Counted from the first letter of the stretch, positions 27,915-37,619 are shown. The stretch: 64,000 nt of DNA from Dehalococcoidia bacterium (GCA_050248355.1 JBFWSN010000004.1:196569-260568), one strand, 5' to 3'. The notes: a model not told the origin generated them from the sequence alone. Program-made: numbers and translations.

Positions 27915-28783
27915 GCAAGCGCAATCCCGAGTACGACTTCAAGTGGTGCCCCGGCTGCGGTGACTTCGGTGTCGTGCGCGGCATCGAGCTGGCGCTGGCC
28001 GACCGGGTGAACCGACTGAAGGAGCCGATCGAGAACACGGTGCTGGTCGCCGGCATCGGGTGCTCGGGCAACCTGGTGCACCTGCAGGAGGGGCCGCAGC
28101 CGTACGGGTTCCACGGTATCCACGGGCGCACGCTGCCCATCGCATGGGGTGTGAAGACCTCGCGGCCGGACTTGAACGTGCTGGTCGCGGCCGGCGACGG
28201 CGACTTCTTGAGCATTGGCGGCGAGCACATCGGGCCGCAGGCGAAGCGCAACCTCGACGTGACGGTCGTGGTGATGGACAACGGCATCTACGGCCTGACG
28301 AAGGGTCAGGCGTCGCCGACGACCGCGCTCGGCGAGATCACGCCCACGACGCCGTACGGGAAGCTCGAGGAGGCGATGCGGCCGCTCGACCTGTACCTGG
28401 CGCTGGGGGTGTCATTCGTGGCCTCGGCGGTGTCGTCGCGGCCGAAGGATCTGGCGCAGTACATCTCGCAGGCGATGGACCACCGCGGATTCTCGATCGT
28501 CCACGTGCAGTCGCCGTGCACGACGTACAACGACACGTACGAGGCGCTGAAGGGCAACCCGGCGAAAGGCATTGAGCCGGCGGCGTACCCGGTGCCGGCC
28601 GACCACGACCCGGGGGACCTGGAGGCGGCGATGCGGCTCGTGCGGCAGAAGGGCATCCCGGTCGGGCTGGTGTACCAGAACCCGAACAGCGTCCCGCTGC
28701 AGGACCGGCTCGCTGAGGCGCGCGAGCGCACGAAGGTGCGCGTCCGCGACGTAGACGCGCTGCTGACGGGGCTGCACATTTAG
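27911..28783 (+). CDS. korB: 2-oxoacid:ferredoxin oxidoreductase beta subunit
   Basis: WCPGCGD, GIGCS, HGR, GDGD..SIGG, DNGIYGLTKGQASPT, SPC. Confidence 0.95.
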   Translation: MSKRNPEYDFKWCPGCGDFGVVRGIELALADRVNRLKEPIENTVLVAGIGCSGNLVHLQEGPQPYGFHGIHGRTLPIAWGVKTSRPDLNVLVAAGDGDFLSIGGEHIGPQAKRNLDVTVVVMDNGIYGLTKGQASPTTALGEITPTTPYGKLEEAMRPLDLYLALGVSFVASAVSSRPKDLAQYISQAMDHRGFSIVHVQSPCTTYNDTYEALKGNPAKGIEPAAYPVPADHDPGDLEAAMRLVRQKGIPVGLVYQNPNSVPLQDRLAEARERTKVRVRDVDALLTGLHI

Positions 28784-28814
28784 CGGCCCGCGCGAACGCA
28801 CGTCACGCCTATTC

Positions 28815-28846
28815 CACGAGGGCAGCTCCAACGAGCTGCCCTCGTG
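28815..28846. terminator. Hairpin after korB
   Basis: CACGAGGGCAGCTC-caac-GAGCTGCCCTCGTG. Confidence 0.65.
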
Positions 28847-28906
28847 CTGTCTGGACGGCGCCGAGGGTCTCGCGATAAGTGGACTGGGGAGTCGGAAGGC
28901 GGCCAG

Positions 28907-29266
28907 ATGAGCGAGCTGCAGGGCATCGTCCGGTTCAGGTTCCACGCAGGCAAGGTCGAGGAATTCAAGCGCCTCTCGGCGCAGGCGATGGAGATCGTGC
29001 GGGCGCAGGACCGCGGGACGCTGCAGTACGAGACGTACTTCAACGCGGACGAGTCGGAGGCGCTGGTCCTCGAGCGGTTTCGGGACTCGGACGCCCTGAT
29101 CGAGCACGGTGAGCACATGGCCGCGCTGATGGAGCCGATCCTGGCGACGGGCACGGTCACGGGCGAGCTCTGCGGCGAGCTGAGCCCGGAGCTGCGCGCA
29201 CGGATCACGGGCGACAACCCGCAGCTGTTCACGCTGTTCATGTCGTTGCAGGCGGGGGCGCGATGA
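28907..29266 (+). CDS. Antibiotic biosynthesis monooxygenase (ABM) family protein
   Basis: GTLQYE.YFN......VLERFRDSDALIEH. Confidence 0.8.
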   Translation: MSELQGIVRFRFHAGKVEEFKRLSAQAMEIVRAQDRGTLQYETYFNADESEALVLERFRDSDALIEHGEHMAALMEPILATGTVTGELCGELSPELRARITGDNPQLFTLFMSLQAGAR

Positions 29267-29760
29267 CCTCCGAGTATCACGTCACGGTGGAGGGGGTGCG
29301 GCTGCGGTTCGCGGCCGCGCATATGGCGACGCTGGGCGACGAACTAGAGCCGCTGCACGGGCACAACTACGAGGTGCGCTGTCGCGTGGAGGGCGGGCTG
29401 ACCTCGGACCGGTGGGTGATCGACTTCGGGGTGCTGAAGCGGCTGGCGCGGGAGGCGTGCGAGGCGCTGGACCACCGGTTCCTGCTGCAGCGAGCCTCGA
29501 CACTCCTCGACATCGAGGAGGGGGACGGGCGCTGGACGGTGCGGTTTGGGGAGCGAACGTACGTGTTCCCGGCCTCGGACGTGGCTGCCCTGCCGATCGA
29601 GAACACGACTGCGGAGCTGCTCGCGCGGTGGATCTGGGAGCGGATCGCGGCGGGCCTCGAAGGCGGTGGCGGGCACTCGAACATCGGGGTGCTGGCGGTG
29701 GACGTCGAGGAGATGCCGGGGCAGGCCGCGGGGTATCGGGCGGCACTGGGCGGCGATTGA
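29263..29760 (+). CDS. 6-pyruvoyl-tetrahydropterin synthase family (PTPS-III-like)
   Basis: FAAAH...EPLHGHNY...IDFG.LK....LDHRFL...NTTAE. Confidence 0.88.
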   Translation: MTSEYHVTVEGVRLRFAAAHMATLGDELEPLHGHNYEVRCRVEGGLTSDRWVIDFGVLKRLAREACEALDHRFLLQRASTLLDIEEGDGRWTVRFGERTYVFPASDVAALPIENTTAELLARWIWERIAAGLEGGGGHSNIGVLAVDVEEMPGQAAGYRAALGGD

Positions 29761-29811
29761 CACGAGGTAGGCCCGCCGTAGGATCGGGGAAACGGGCTGA
29801 GGGAGCCGAGG

Positions 29812-30357
29812 ATGCAAATCAACTGGGAAGAAGCGATCAATCGGATCTTCGCCGACCACCTCGTGTGCCCTCGGTGCGAGCAGACGTTCGAGACGCTCGT
29901 GGTGGGGTACTCGCGGAAGCCGACGCTGAACGCGTTCGCGCCGCGGCATCGGAACTGTCCGCGGGGCGAGGAGTGCGAGGCGCGGAAGCTGATCACGCTC
30001 TGCACGGAGTGCGCGCGGATCGAGCGGCTGCGCGGCACGCCCGTCGATGCGTCGCAGGCCCTCGAGACGTACATGCTGGACTGCCGGCGTGACCTCGAGG
30101 AGTCGCTGGACTACCTGGCGGAGTACTGGCGCGACGAGGTGGAGCTGCCGGATGAGGACATCGACCGTCCGCTGGAGGAGGTCGACCCGGACGCGTTCCG
30201 CGAGGAGACCGAGTGGCGTCAGCGGCTCGAGGAGGAGTACCTGATGTACCACCACGAGTTCCGTGAGCGAAACCGCCGTATCCCCTCGCCGGGCTGGCGC
30301 TCAGAGTACGTGGAGGAGATCCGGGACCTGGGGTACGACACGCTGCTGGGCGACTAG
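29812..30357 (+). CDS. Hypothetical Cys-rich/acidic protein
   Basis: CPRC, HRNC, C..., CTEC then an acidic helical C-terminus; strong coding bias. Confidence 0.85.
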   Translation: MQINWEEAINRIFADHLVCPRCEQTFETLVVGYSRKPTLNAFAPRHRNCPRGEECEARKLITLCTECARIERLRGTPVDASQALETYMLDCRRDLEESLDYLAEYWRDEVELPDEDIDRPLEEVDPDAFREETEWRQRLEEEYLMYHHEFRERNRRIPSPGWRSEYVEEIRDLGYDTLLGD

Positions 30358-30450
30358 CGGGCGACTGAGGGCCGGGGCTGACCGCTCGGCGGCCACTCCC
30401 CTGCCGGGAAGTAGACGACCGGCCGCAGTGATGCGGCCTGTATCGTTATG

Positions 30451-30714
30451 TCATCCGCCGCCGATGGCGGGGAGGATCTGGACTTCGGCCTCGTCAGGGA
30501 CTTTCGCCATGAGGCCGGTGGTGGCGATCTCGCCGTTGATGGCGAGGGCGAGGCCGGGGCGGACGCGGCCGTCCTGCACGACGAGGTCCTTGATGCCGGG
30601 GTAGCGCGCGTCGAGGTTGTCGACGACCTGGCGCAGCGTGGCGCCTTCGACCTGCACGCGATCCTGGTTCTCGGTCATGTTGCGCATCAGGGATGGGATA
30701 AAGACGAGCGGCAT
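30451..30714 (-). CDS. MoaD/ThiS sulfur carrier
   Basis: VFIPSLMR...ILPAIGGG C-terminus. Confidence 0.9.
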   Translation of the reverse strand: MPLVFIPSLMRNMTENQDRVQVEGATLRQVVDNLDARYPGIKDLVVQDGRVRPGLALAINGEIATTGLMAKVPDEAEVQILPAIGGG

Positions 30715-30818
30715 GGCCTCAGTCTACCTCTCGTGGGCGGTCTGCGGGGATCGCGCGAGGGGCACGGCTGCTGCCATGCCCCTCGCGGTGTGTTCCCGAG
30801 TGGAACGTCGACGACCGA

Positions 30819-33083
30819 CTAGGCCTCCGGCGGGAGCAGCTCCTCGAGGAGGTTGCGCGGGTTCGCCGGGAGCTTGTGCACGCGGACACCGGTCGCGTGG
30901 TAGATCGCGTTGGCGACGGCCGCCAGCGGCGGGACGATCGGGACTTCACCGACGCCACGGACACCGTAGGGGTGGCCGGGGTTCGGGACCTCGACGAGGA
31001 TCGTGTCGATCATCGGGAGGTCGAGCGCGGTGGGCATGCGGTAGTCGAGGAGGCTCGAGTTCCGCATGACACCGTTGTCGTCGTAGAAGTACTCCTCGCT
31101 GAGCGCCATGCCGATGCCCTGCGAAGCGCCACCCTGGATCTGGCCCTCGACGTAGGAGGGGTGCACCGCGGTGCCGACGTCCTGGACGGCGGTGTAGCGG
31201 AGGATGGTGACCTTGCCGGTGTCGGGGTCGACCTCGACGTCGCAGATGTGGCCGGCGAAGGCCGCACCGACGGTGGTCGGGTTGACGTCCGCGTGGCCGG
31301 CGATGGTGCCGCCGGTGTGCGGCAGCTGGGCAGCGAGCTCCTTGAAGGTGAACGTCTTGCCCTCGGGGCCGTGGACGGCACCGTTCTCGTAGCGGACGTG
31401 CTCGCGGTCGACTTCCCAGATCTTGGCGGCGCGCTCCTCCATCTGGACACGGATGTCCATGGCGGCCTCGTAGACGGCCCAGCCGCCCGCGAAGGTCGTG
31501 CGGCTACCGCCGGTGACGCCGGTCCAGCCGATGGAGTCGGTGTCGACCACGTGCGGCTTGACGTCGTCGTAGGGGATGCCGAGGGTCTCGGCGAGCTGCA
31601 TGGCGTGGGTGGCGCGGGTTCCGCCGATGTCGGTGGCGCCGGTGACCAAGGCGACGGTGCCGTCAGAGACGACGGTCGCGTAGGCCGCGGACTCCATGCC
31701 AGCGTTGAACCAGAAGCCCATGGCGACGCCACGGCCGCGGTTCTCACCCTGGAGCTCCGACTTGTAGTGGGGGCTGTCCTTAATGGCCTCCATGACCTGC
31801 ACGTTGCCGATGACGCCCATGGTGGCGCCGTCCGGGCGCCGGGTGCCCTCGACGGCCGCGTTCTTCAGGCGGAAGTCCATCGGGTCCATGTCGAGCTGCT
31901 CGGCGATCTCGTCGATGACCGACTCCACCGCGTACTCGGCCGCGGGCGCACCGGGGGCGCGGTAGGCGGCGACCTTCGGGCGGTTCACGACGACATCGAA
32001 GCCCTCAACGAAGGCGTTCGGGATCGTGTAGGGGCCAAGGGCGCACATGGCGCCGGCGCCGACGGGCGAGCCGGGGAAGCCACCGGCCTCGAAAGCCAGG
32101 TGCACCTTCGCAGACACGAGGGTGCCGTCACGCTTGGCGCCGATCTTGACGCGGGCGAAGGTGCCGGAGGTGGGGCCGCTGGCCTCGAGGACCTCCTCGC
32201 GGGTCATCCACATCTTGACGGGGGCGCCGGTCTTCTTCGAGAGGAGCGCCGCGTGGGGCTCCAGGTAGACCGGAATCTTGCCGCCGAAGCCGCCGCCGAT
32301 CTCCATCGGGACGACTTTGATCTGGGAGACCGGGACGCCGAGGATCATCGCGCTGGCGGTCCGCACCGCGAACGTGCCCTGCGTGCTGGTCCAGATGGTG
32401 ATGTCGTCGTCCTTGTTCCAGAGGACGGTGGCGTTGTGCGGCTCGATGTAGCCCTGGTGGTACATCGCGGTCTCGAACTCGCGCTCGACGACGACGTCGG
32501 CCGAGGCGAAGCCTGCCTCGATGTCACCCATCTCGAACTCGACGCGGTTGGCGATGTTCGAGGGGCGCTTGCCCATGTCGGCCGCGGTGAGGCCGCCGGT
32601 GAGCTGGTCGCCGTGGATGAGGGGCGCCGACTCCAGCATGGCGTCACGGACGTTCATGACCGGCGGGAGCACCTCGTACTCGACCTCGATGAGGTTGAGG
32701 GCGTCCTCAGCGGTGTGGAGGTCAGTGGCGGCGACGGAGGCCACGGCGTGGCCCTTGTAGACGACTTTGTCGCTCGCGCAGACGTTGTCGAGCATGAACT
32801 TGAGGTTGACCGGGGGGCCCTCACCGATGTCGATGAGTCCGGGGCCGGCCGCGCGGAAGTCGGCGCGGGTGACGACGGCCTTCACGCCGGGGAGGGCGAG
32901 GGCCTTCGAGGCGTCGATGCTCTTGATGATGGCGTGGGCGTGCGGGCTGCGCTTGACGCGCGCGTAGAGCATACCGGGGAGCTTGATGTCCGAGCCGTAG
33001 TTGGCACGTCCGGTGACCTTGTCCACCCCGTCCGGGCGAACAGGACGCGTGCCGACGATCTTGTATGGCTCAGTCGCGACCAT
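30819..33083 (-). CDS. Xanthine dehydrogenase family molybdopterin-binding large subunit
   Basis: DKVTGRANY, GYIEPH, GGGFGGK, AYRAPG, GQIQGG, RGVGE. Confidence 0.95.
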   Translation of the reverse strand: MVATEPYKIVGTRPVRPDGVDKVTGRANYGSDIKLPGMLYARVKRSPHAHAIIKSIDASKALALPGVKAVVTRADFRAAGPGLIDIGEGPPVNLKFMLDNVCASDKVVYKGHAVASVAATDLHTAEDALNLIEVEYEVLPPVMNVRDAMLESAPLIHGDQLTGGLTAADMGKRPSNIANRVEFEMGDIEAGFASADVVVEREFETAMYHQGYIEPHNATVLWNKDDDITIWTSTQGTFAVRTASAMILGVPVSQIKVVPMEIGGGFGGKIPVYLEPHAALLSKKTGAPVKMWMTREEVLEASGPTSGTFARVKIGAKRDGTLVSAKVHLAFEAGGFPGSPVGAGAMCALGPYTIPNAFVEGFDVVVNRPKVAAYRAPGAPAAEYAVESVIDEIAEQLDMDPMDFRLKNAAVEGTRRPDGATMGVIGNVQVMEAIKDSPHYKSELQGENRGRGVAMGFWFNAGMESAAYATVVSDGTVALVTGATDIGGTRATHAMQLAETLGIPYDDVKPHVVDTDSIGWTGVTGGSRTTFAGGWAVYEAAMDIRVQMEERAAKIWEVDREHVRYENGAVHGPEGKTFTFKELAAQLPHTGGTIAGHADVNPTTVGAAFAGHICDVEVDPDTGKVTILRYTAVQDVGTAVHPSYVEGQIQGGASQGIGMALSEEYFYDDNGVMRNSSLLDYRMPTALDLPMIDTILVEVPNPGHPYGVRGVGEVPIVPPLAAVANAIYHATGVRVHKLPANPRNLLEELLPPEA

Positions 33084-33200
33084 GCAGGAGTCTCCTAACG
33101 TCGAATTGAGCGAGTGCCGGTTTCGATAGCCGACATTCTACTGGATATGGTGCGTTTATTCGACGCACCATATCCATGCACTACAGATGTGTTTTGGCCG

Positions 33201-33674
33201 CTACGCGGAGCGTTCGGCGGCGTGCTGCACGGCCCGGATGATCTTGTCGTAGCCGGTGCAGCGGCAGAGGTTCCCGGCCAGCCAATAGCGGATCTCGTGC
33301 TCGGTGGGATGCGGGTTCTGCTCGAGGAGAGCGGTGGCCGCGACGAGGAAGCCGGGGGTGCAGATGCCGCACTGGAGGGCGGCGTCCTCGAGGAAGGTCT
33401 CCTGGAGGGGGGTGAGCTCACCGCCCTTTGCGAGGCCTTCGACCGTGGTGATGTCAGCGCCTTCGACCTCGGCGGCCATGACGCAGCAGGAGTTCACCAG
33501 ACGGCCGTCCATGATGACGGCGCAGGCGCCGCAGTTGCCGTTGTTGCATCCTTCTTTGACGCCGGTAAGGCCGATGCGCTCGCGGAGCGCCTCGAGGAGG
33601 CTGTCACGCTCGTCGGCGAGGAACTCGGTGGGCTCCCCGTTGATGACGGTGTTGATGATGATGCGGTTGCTCAA
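33201..33674 (-). CDS. Xanthine dehydrogenase family 2Fe-2S small subunit
   Basis: GCNNGNCGAC...C, QCGICTPG, GNLCRCTGY. Confidence 0.95.
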   Translation of the reverse strand: MSNRIIINTVINGEPTEFLADERDSLLEALRERIGLTGVKEGCNNGNCGACAVIMDGRLVNSCCVMAAEVEGADITTVEGLAKGGELTPLQETFLEDAALQCGICTPGFLVAATALLEQNPHPTEHEIRYWLAGNLCRCTGYDKIIRAVQHAAERSA

Positions 33675-33677
33675 GGC

Positions 33678-34559
33678 TTAGTGCTCCAAGGTTTCACCGC
33701 GGGCGCGGCGAGCCGCGTCACGGATGGTCCGCTCGGTGAGGACGTAGGCGAGGTGCTTGCGCTGGCGGACAGAGCCGCGCATGTCGTCGATGGGCGTGGC
33801 CGCATCGCGCGACGCGTTGGCGGCGGCGGCGATGGTCTCGTCCGTCAGGGGCTTGCCGACGAGGGCGTCGCCGGCGGCGGGGACGAAGAGCGGCGTGGGG
33901 GCCACGGCACCGATGGCGATGCGGGCGGCGGCGACCGTGTCACCCTCGAAGCGGAGGGCGGTGGCCGCGTTCACGACAGCGATGTCCATCTCGTTCCGGG
34001 GGATGAAGCGGAGGAAGCGCGCGCCGCTGTTCGGCTGGGGTGCGGGGAAGCTCAGCGAGACGAGGATCTCGCCAGCCTCGAGGACGTTGCGGCCGGGGGC
34101 GGTGCAGAAGTCCTCGACCGCGACCGTGCGCTCACCGTTGGGTCCGACGATGCGGGCCTTGCCCTCGAGGACGATGAGCGACGGGATGCTGTCCGCGGCG
34201 GGGCCGGAGTTGCAGAGGTTGCCGCCGAAGCTGGCGCGGCCCTGAATCGCGGTGCCGCCAATGAGCGACGCGGAGTCGACGAGGCAAGGGTAGAGCCGCT
34301 GGATCGTCTCGTCCCGGTAGATCTGATAGAGAGGGGTGGCCGCGCCGAGGGTGAGGCCCTCACTCGCGTCGAAGCGAATGCCGGTCAGTTCCGGGATGGC
34401 CTTGATGTCGACGAACATGCTGGTGTCGCGACGCCGCTCGCGCGCCATGACGATGATGTCCGTGCCGCCCGCGAGGACGCGAGCCGTGGGGCCGTTGTCC
34501 CTGAGCAGTTGGACCGCCTCTTGCAAGGTGGCGGGCCGACGGTAAGTGACGTCCTGCAA
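33678..34559 (-). CDS. Xanthine dehydrogenase family FAD medium subunit
   Basis: LAGGTD, ASFGGNLCNSGPAADS, DDMRGS..R; AAGGAG RBS before TTG. Confidence 0.93.
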   Translation of the reverse strand: MQDVTYRRPATLQEAVQLLRDNGPTARVLAGGTDIIVMARERRRDTSMFVDIKAIPELTGIRFDASEGLTLGAATPLYQIYRDETIQRLYPCLVDSASLIGGTAIQGRASFGGNLCNSGPAADSIPSLIVLEGKARIVGPNGERTVAVEDFCTAPGRNVLEAGEILVSLSFPAPQPNSGARFLRFIPRNEMDIAVVNAATALRFEGDTVAAARIAIGAVAPTPLFVPAAGDALVGKPLTDETIAAAANASRDAATPIDDMRGSVRQRKHLAYVLTERTIRDAARRARGETLEH

Positions 34560-34746
34560 ATCGCCTCTCCTTCTCGTGCTGCACGGCCCTCCGGGCCGCC
34601 GAGCAGCATACACCGATCTGACCTGAGTAATACGACGGGCGTAGTCTGCCACGTCGACGCATCGTCCGCTACTGACCTTCGTCCCACTGGGGGCGTTCGC
34701 TGTACGCGATTGCCTGCCGCCCGTAGGATGAAGCTAGGGAGACGCC

Positions 34747-35007
34747 GTGAACGAACGACAGCAGTTGCGCTTCGCGCTGGGGGCGCTGGCGGCGGGGCTT
34801 GCTTGGGGGTACCTGCGACATCGCGGCGGGAGGCACCCGTTCACGCACGCGGTGCTGCAGGGCGTGGAGTGGTTCGTGGCGTACGGGGGAGCCGTGGCGC
34901 TCATCTCGGGCCTGCGCGAGCGGCTGCAGGACGTGGAGCCGGAGATCGAGGAGCGGATCACGCACTTCCGGCAGGTGATCACCGACCACACCGGCACTGA
35001 CGGTTAG
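34747..35007 (+). CDS. Small membrane protein
   Basis: Two hydrophobic segments; GGGAG RBS; co-oriented with wrbA. Confidence 0.65.
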   Translation: MNERQQLRFALGALAAGLAWGYLRHRGGRHPFTHAVLQGVEWFVAYGGAVALISGLRERLQDVEPEIEERITHFRQVITDHTGTDG

Positions 35008-35010
35008 ACC

Positions 35011-35517
35011 ATGACCGCGACGGTCCTCGTCCTGTACGACAGCCGTGAGGGGCTCGTGGCTGAACTGGCGCGCGCCGTGTGTGCGGGCGTGGAAGGTGTG
35101 GCGGGCATCGAGTTGCGCGCACGGACCGTCGACGAAGCGCGGCCGGACGAGCTGTTGACGGCGGACGGGTTGATCCTCGGATCGCCGAACTGGACGGGGA
35201 TCACGGGGAAGCTGAAGGACTGGATGGACCGGAGCGGCGACCTGTGGGAGTCGGGCGAGCTGGCGGGGAAGCCCGGCGGTGCGTTCACCGCGGGATGGTC
35301 ACCGCACGGCGGGCTGGAGGCGACGCTGCTGCAGCTGATGCACCTGGTGCTGGGCCACGGAATGGTCTTCGTGGGTCTGCCGTGGTCGGCGCAGATGCGG
35401 CGGTCGGGCTCCTACTACGGGGCGACCGCGCACGCGGAGGTCACGGATGACGACCGAGAGCAGGCGCGCGCCCTCGGGCGGCGCGTCGCGGAGTTCGCGC
35501 TGAGGCTGCAGTCGTGA
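35011..35517 (+). CDS. WrbA-like flavodoxin/NAD(P)H:quinone oxidoreductase
   Basis: ILGSPNW.G....KDWMD, GKPGGAF, HGGLEATL, YGA. Confidence 0.88.
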   Translation: MTATVLVLYDSREGLVAELARAVCAGVEGVAGIELRARTVDEARPDELLTADGLILGSPNWTGITGKLKDWMDRSGDLWESGELAGKPGGAFTAGWSPHGGLEATLLQLMHLVLGHGMVFVGLPWSAQMRRSGSYYGATAHAEVTDDDREQARALGRRVAEFALRLQS

Positions 35518-36356
35518 CGTCGATCGAGGAGCCGGGGGAGCGTCGGGCGGCGGTGGCGGCGCGAGCGCTCCTCGATGCGGCGCCGTGGGACGAGGTCGCG
35601 TCGCGGGCGCTGCTGGTGCTCGTACGACCGCCCGCAGTGGAGTGGGCGCGCACCGACGCGCCGCCGCTGCTCTGGTTGATCCTCGATGGGCCCGAGGCGC
35701 GGGCGTTGCGGCCTGAGCTGCGAAACCCGCTCGTGCGAGACGGGTCGACGATGGTGCACGTGCGGCCGACGGACGTCGTGCCGGCGATGCAGCTGGCCGT
35801 GCTCACCTCGGAGGCAGTGGGGCGGCACCTCGAGGGGGTGACACGGCGGTCGCTCGAGATGAAGTGGCTGGCGCGGCACGGCCAAGCGCTGCACGACCCA
35901 CTGCACCGCTTCGACTCGCTGGTGGGGATGGCGGCGCGACTGCCGTCCGACGCTCTCGAGCGAGTGGCCCGGCCGCTGTACGTGCAGGCCGCGCAGTCGC
36001 TGGAGGCGCTCGCGGGGGCGCCCCTCGGCGCCGAGGACGCCGACCGAGGGGCCATCCTGTCGGCGGCGGAGGCGGCGGCATCGGTGTGCCGGCTTGCGTG
36101 CGTCCTCGACGGGGGTTCGCACCCGCCGGCGGAGTGGCTGCTCGCCGCAGCGCGGGAGACGGCGCTGGGGAAACGAGTCGCGTCGTGGCTCGACGACGTG
36201 CCGTCCGCCTTCGCGGGTGAGCCGCGGGCCGCGAGATGGATTCGCGACAGCGGCGGCGGCGTGCTGCGGGAGGCGGCCGCGGCGCTGCGCGCAGAGTTCG
36301 CGGGTCGGGACTGGCTCGACGACCCGATCGCGCAGACGGTCCGCGCCGCACGGTAA
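35514..36356 (+). CDS. Hypothetical protein (possibly degenerate nucleotidyltransferase-like)
   Basis: Coupled GTGA start; LHDP..RF..L and HPPAEWL segments. Confidence 0.7.
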   Translation: MTSIEEPGERRAAVAARALLDAAPWDEVASRALLVLVRPPAVEWARTDAPPLLWLILDGPEARALRPELRNPLVRDGSTMVHVRPTDVVPAMQLAVLTSEAVGRHLEGVTRRSLEMKWLARHGQALHDPLHRFDSLVGMAARLPSDALERVARPLYVQAAQSLEALAGAPLGAEDADRGAILSAAEAAASVCRLACVLDGGSHPPAEWLLAAARETALGKRVASWLDDVPSAFAGEPRAARWIRDSGGGVLREAAAALRAEFAGRDWLDDPIAQTVRAAR

Positions 36357-36371
36357 CGCTGGCGGCTGCCG

Positions 36372-37619
36372 ATGGATGCCGCAGACCTCGACTGGCTGCA
36401 GACGGAGGACGGCCGCGCGGCCGCCGACGATGCATCGATGCTCCTCGAACGGTCGGGTGAGCTGACGGCGTTACGACGCCTGGGGCAGCGGTACACGGCC
36501 GAGCAGGCACGGGCCGCTGTGGCGCTTGCGGCCGGACGCCGGGCGGCACGGGGGAAGATCGAGGACGCCCACGTGCTGTTCTGCGACCGCGAGGCGGCGG
36601 AACAGGCCAGCCCGGACCTCGTCGCGCGGCACATCGCGGAGCGGTTCCCGGGATTCGAGACGGTCGCCGACCTCGGTTGCGGGATGGGCGGGGACGCGCT
36701 TGCGATTGCGCGCGTCGCCCGAGTGCTGGCGGTCGACCGTGATGAGACGCGGCTGGCGATGGTGCGCGCGAACGCCTCGGTGCGCGGGGTGACGGGGCGC
36801 GTCGAAACGCTGCGCGCGGACCTCGACGGGTGGTCGCCGCCGACTGGCATCGAGGCGGTATGGGCGGACCCAGCCCGTCGGGACGCGGCCGGACGCCGGC
36901 TGGAGCCGGAGCGCTGGTCGCCGTCGCTGCGGCGCGTGGTCGAGATCGCCTCGGGGCGGCGCGGCGCGGGGATCAAGCTGGCGCCCGGGATCGACCTCGA
37001 ACGGCTGCCAGCGGGGGGCGAGATCGAGTTCGTTTCGGTCGGCCGGGAGCTGAAAGCCGCGGTGCTGTGGGTCGGGGAGCTGACGCGGGCGTCGCGGACG
37101 GCGACGGTGCTGGAGCCCTCGCGTTCGCTATCCGGGGAGCCGGATGCCGGGCGGACGGTGACCGGGGAGCCGGGGTTGTATCTGTACGACCCGGACCCGG
37201 CGGTCGGACGCGCGGGGCTCGTCGACGCGCTGGCGGAGCAGCTCGGGGCGTGGAAGCTCGACGAGCGGATCGCGTACCTGACCTCGGACGCTGTCGTGGA
37301 GTCGCCGTTCGCACGGCGGTTCCGAGTGATCGAATGGTCCGCGTTTTCCGCGCGGCGGATCGAGGAGCGGCTGCGGGCACTCGGGTTCGGGCGGGTTGAG
37401 GTGGGGCGGCGGGGGTCTCCCGTGGAGACGAACGACCTCGAGCGGCGGTTGAACCGCGGGTTGTCGAGGCGACCGACGCCGGTGCGGACCCCCCACCCCC
37501 ACCCTCCCGCCGCGCGGGTGAAGGGCAGCCCGGGAGCGGGGGGGCGGGTGGCGAGCGCGATCCTCACGCGGGTGCGGGGGGAGCATGTGGCGCTGATCTG
37601 CGAGCGCGAGCGGGACTAG
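36372..37619 (+). CDS. Class I SAM methyltransferase with THUMP-like C-terminus
   Basis: EQAS, DLGCGMGGD, ADPARR, IKLAPG, YLYDPDPAV.RAG. Confidence 0.9.
   Translation: MDAADLDWLQTEDGRAAADDASMLLERSGELTALRRLGQRYTAEQARAAVALAAGRRAARGKIEDAHVLFCDREAAEQASPDLVARHIAERFPGFETVADLGCGMGGDALAIARVARVLAVDRDETRLAMVRANASVRGVTGRVETLRADLDGWSPPTGIEAVWADPARRDAAGRRLEPERWSPSLRRVVEIASGRRGAGIKLAPGIDLERLPAGGEIEFVSVGRELKAAVLWVGELTRASRTATVLEPSRSLSGEPDAGRTVTGEPGLYLYDPDPAVGRAGLVDALAEQLGAWKLDERIAYLTSDAVVESPFARRFRVIEWSAFSARRIEERLRALGFGRVEVGRRGSPVETNDLERRLNRGLSRRPTPVRTPHPHPPAARVKGSPGAGGRVASAILTRVRGEHVALICERERD

Noticed and set aside
30819-33083. Aerobic CO dehydrogenase (coxL)
   Set aside because: The loop is AYRAPG, not AYxCSFR, and there are no coxDEFG genes.
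30876-33098. Long antisense and alternate-frame ORFs (e.g. 30876-33098 +, 35441-37567 -, 41396-43165 +)
   Set aside because: Shadow ORFs of real genes, expected from high GC3; Arg/Pro/Ala-rich with no motifs.
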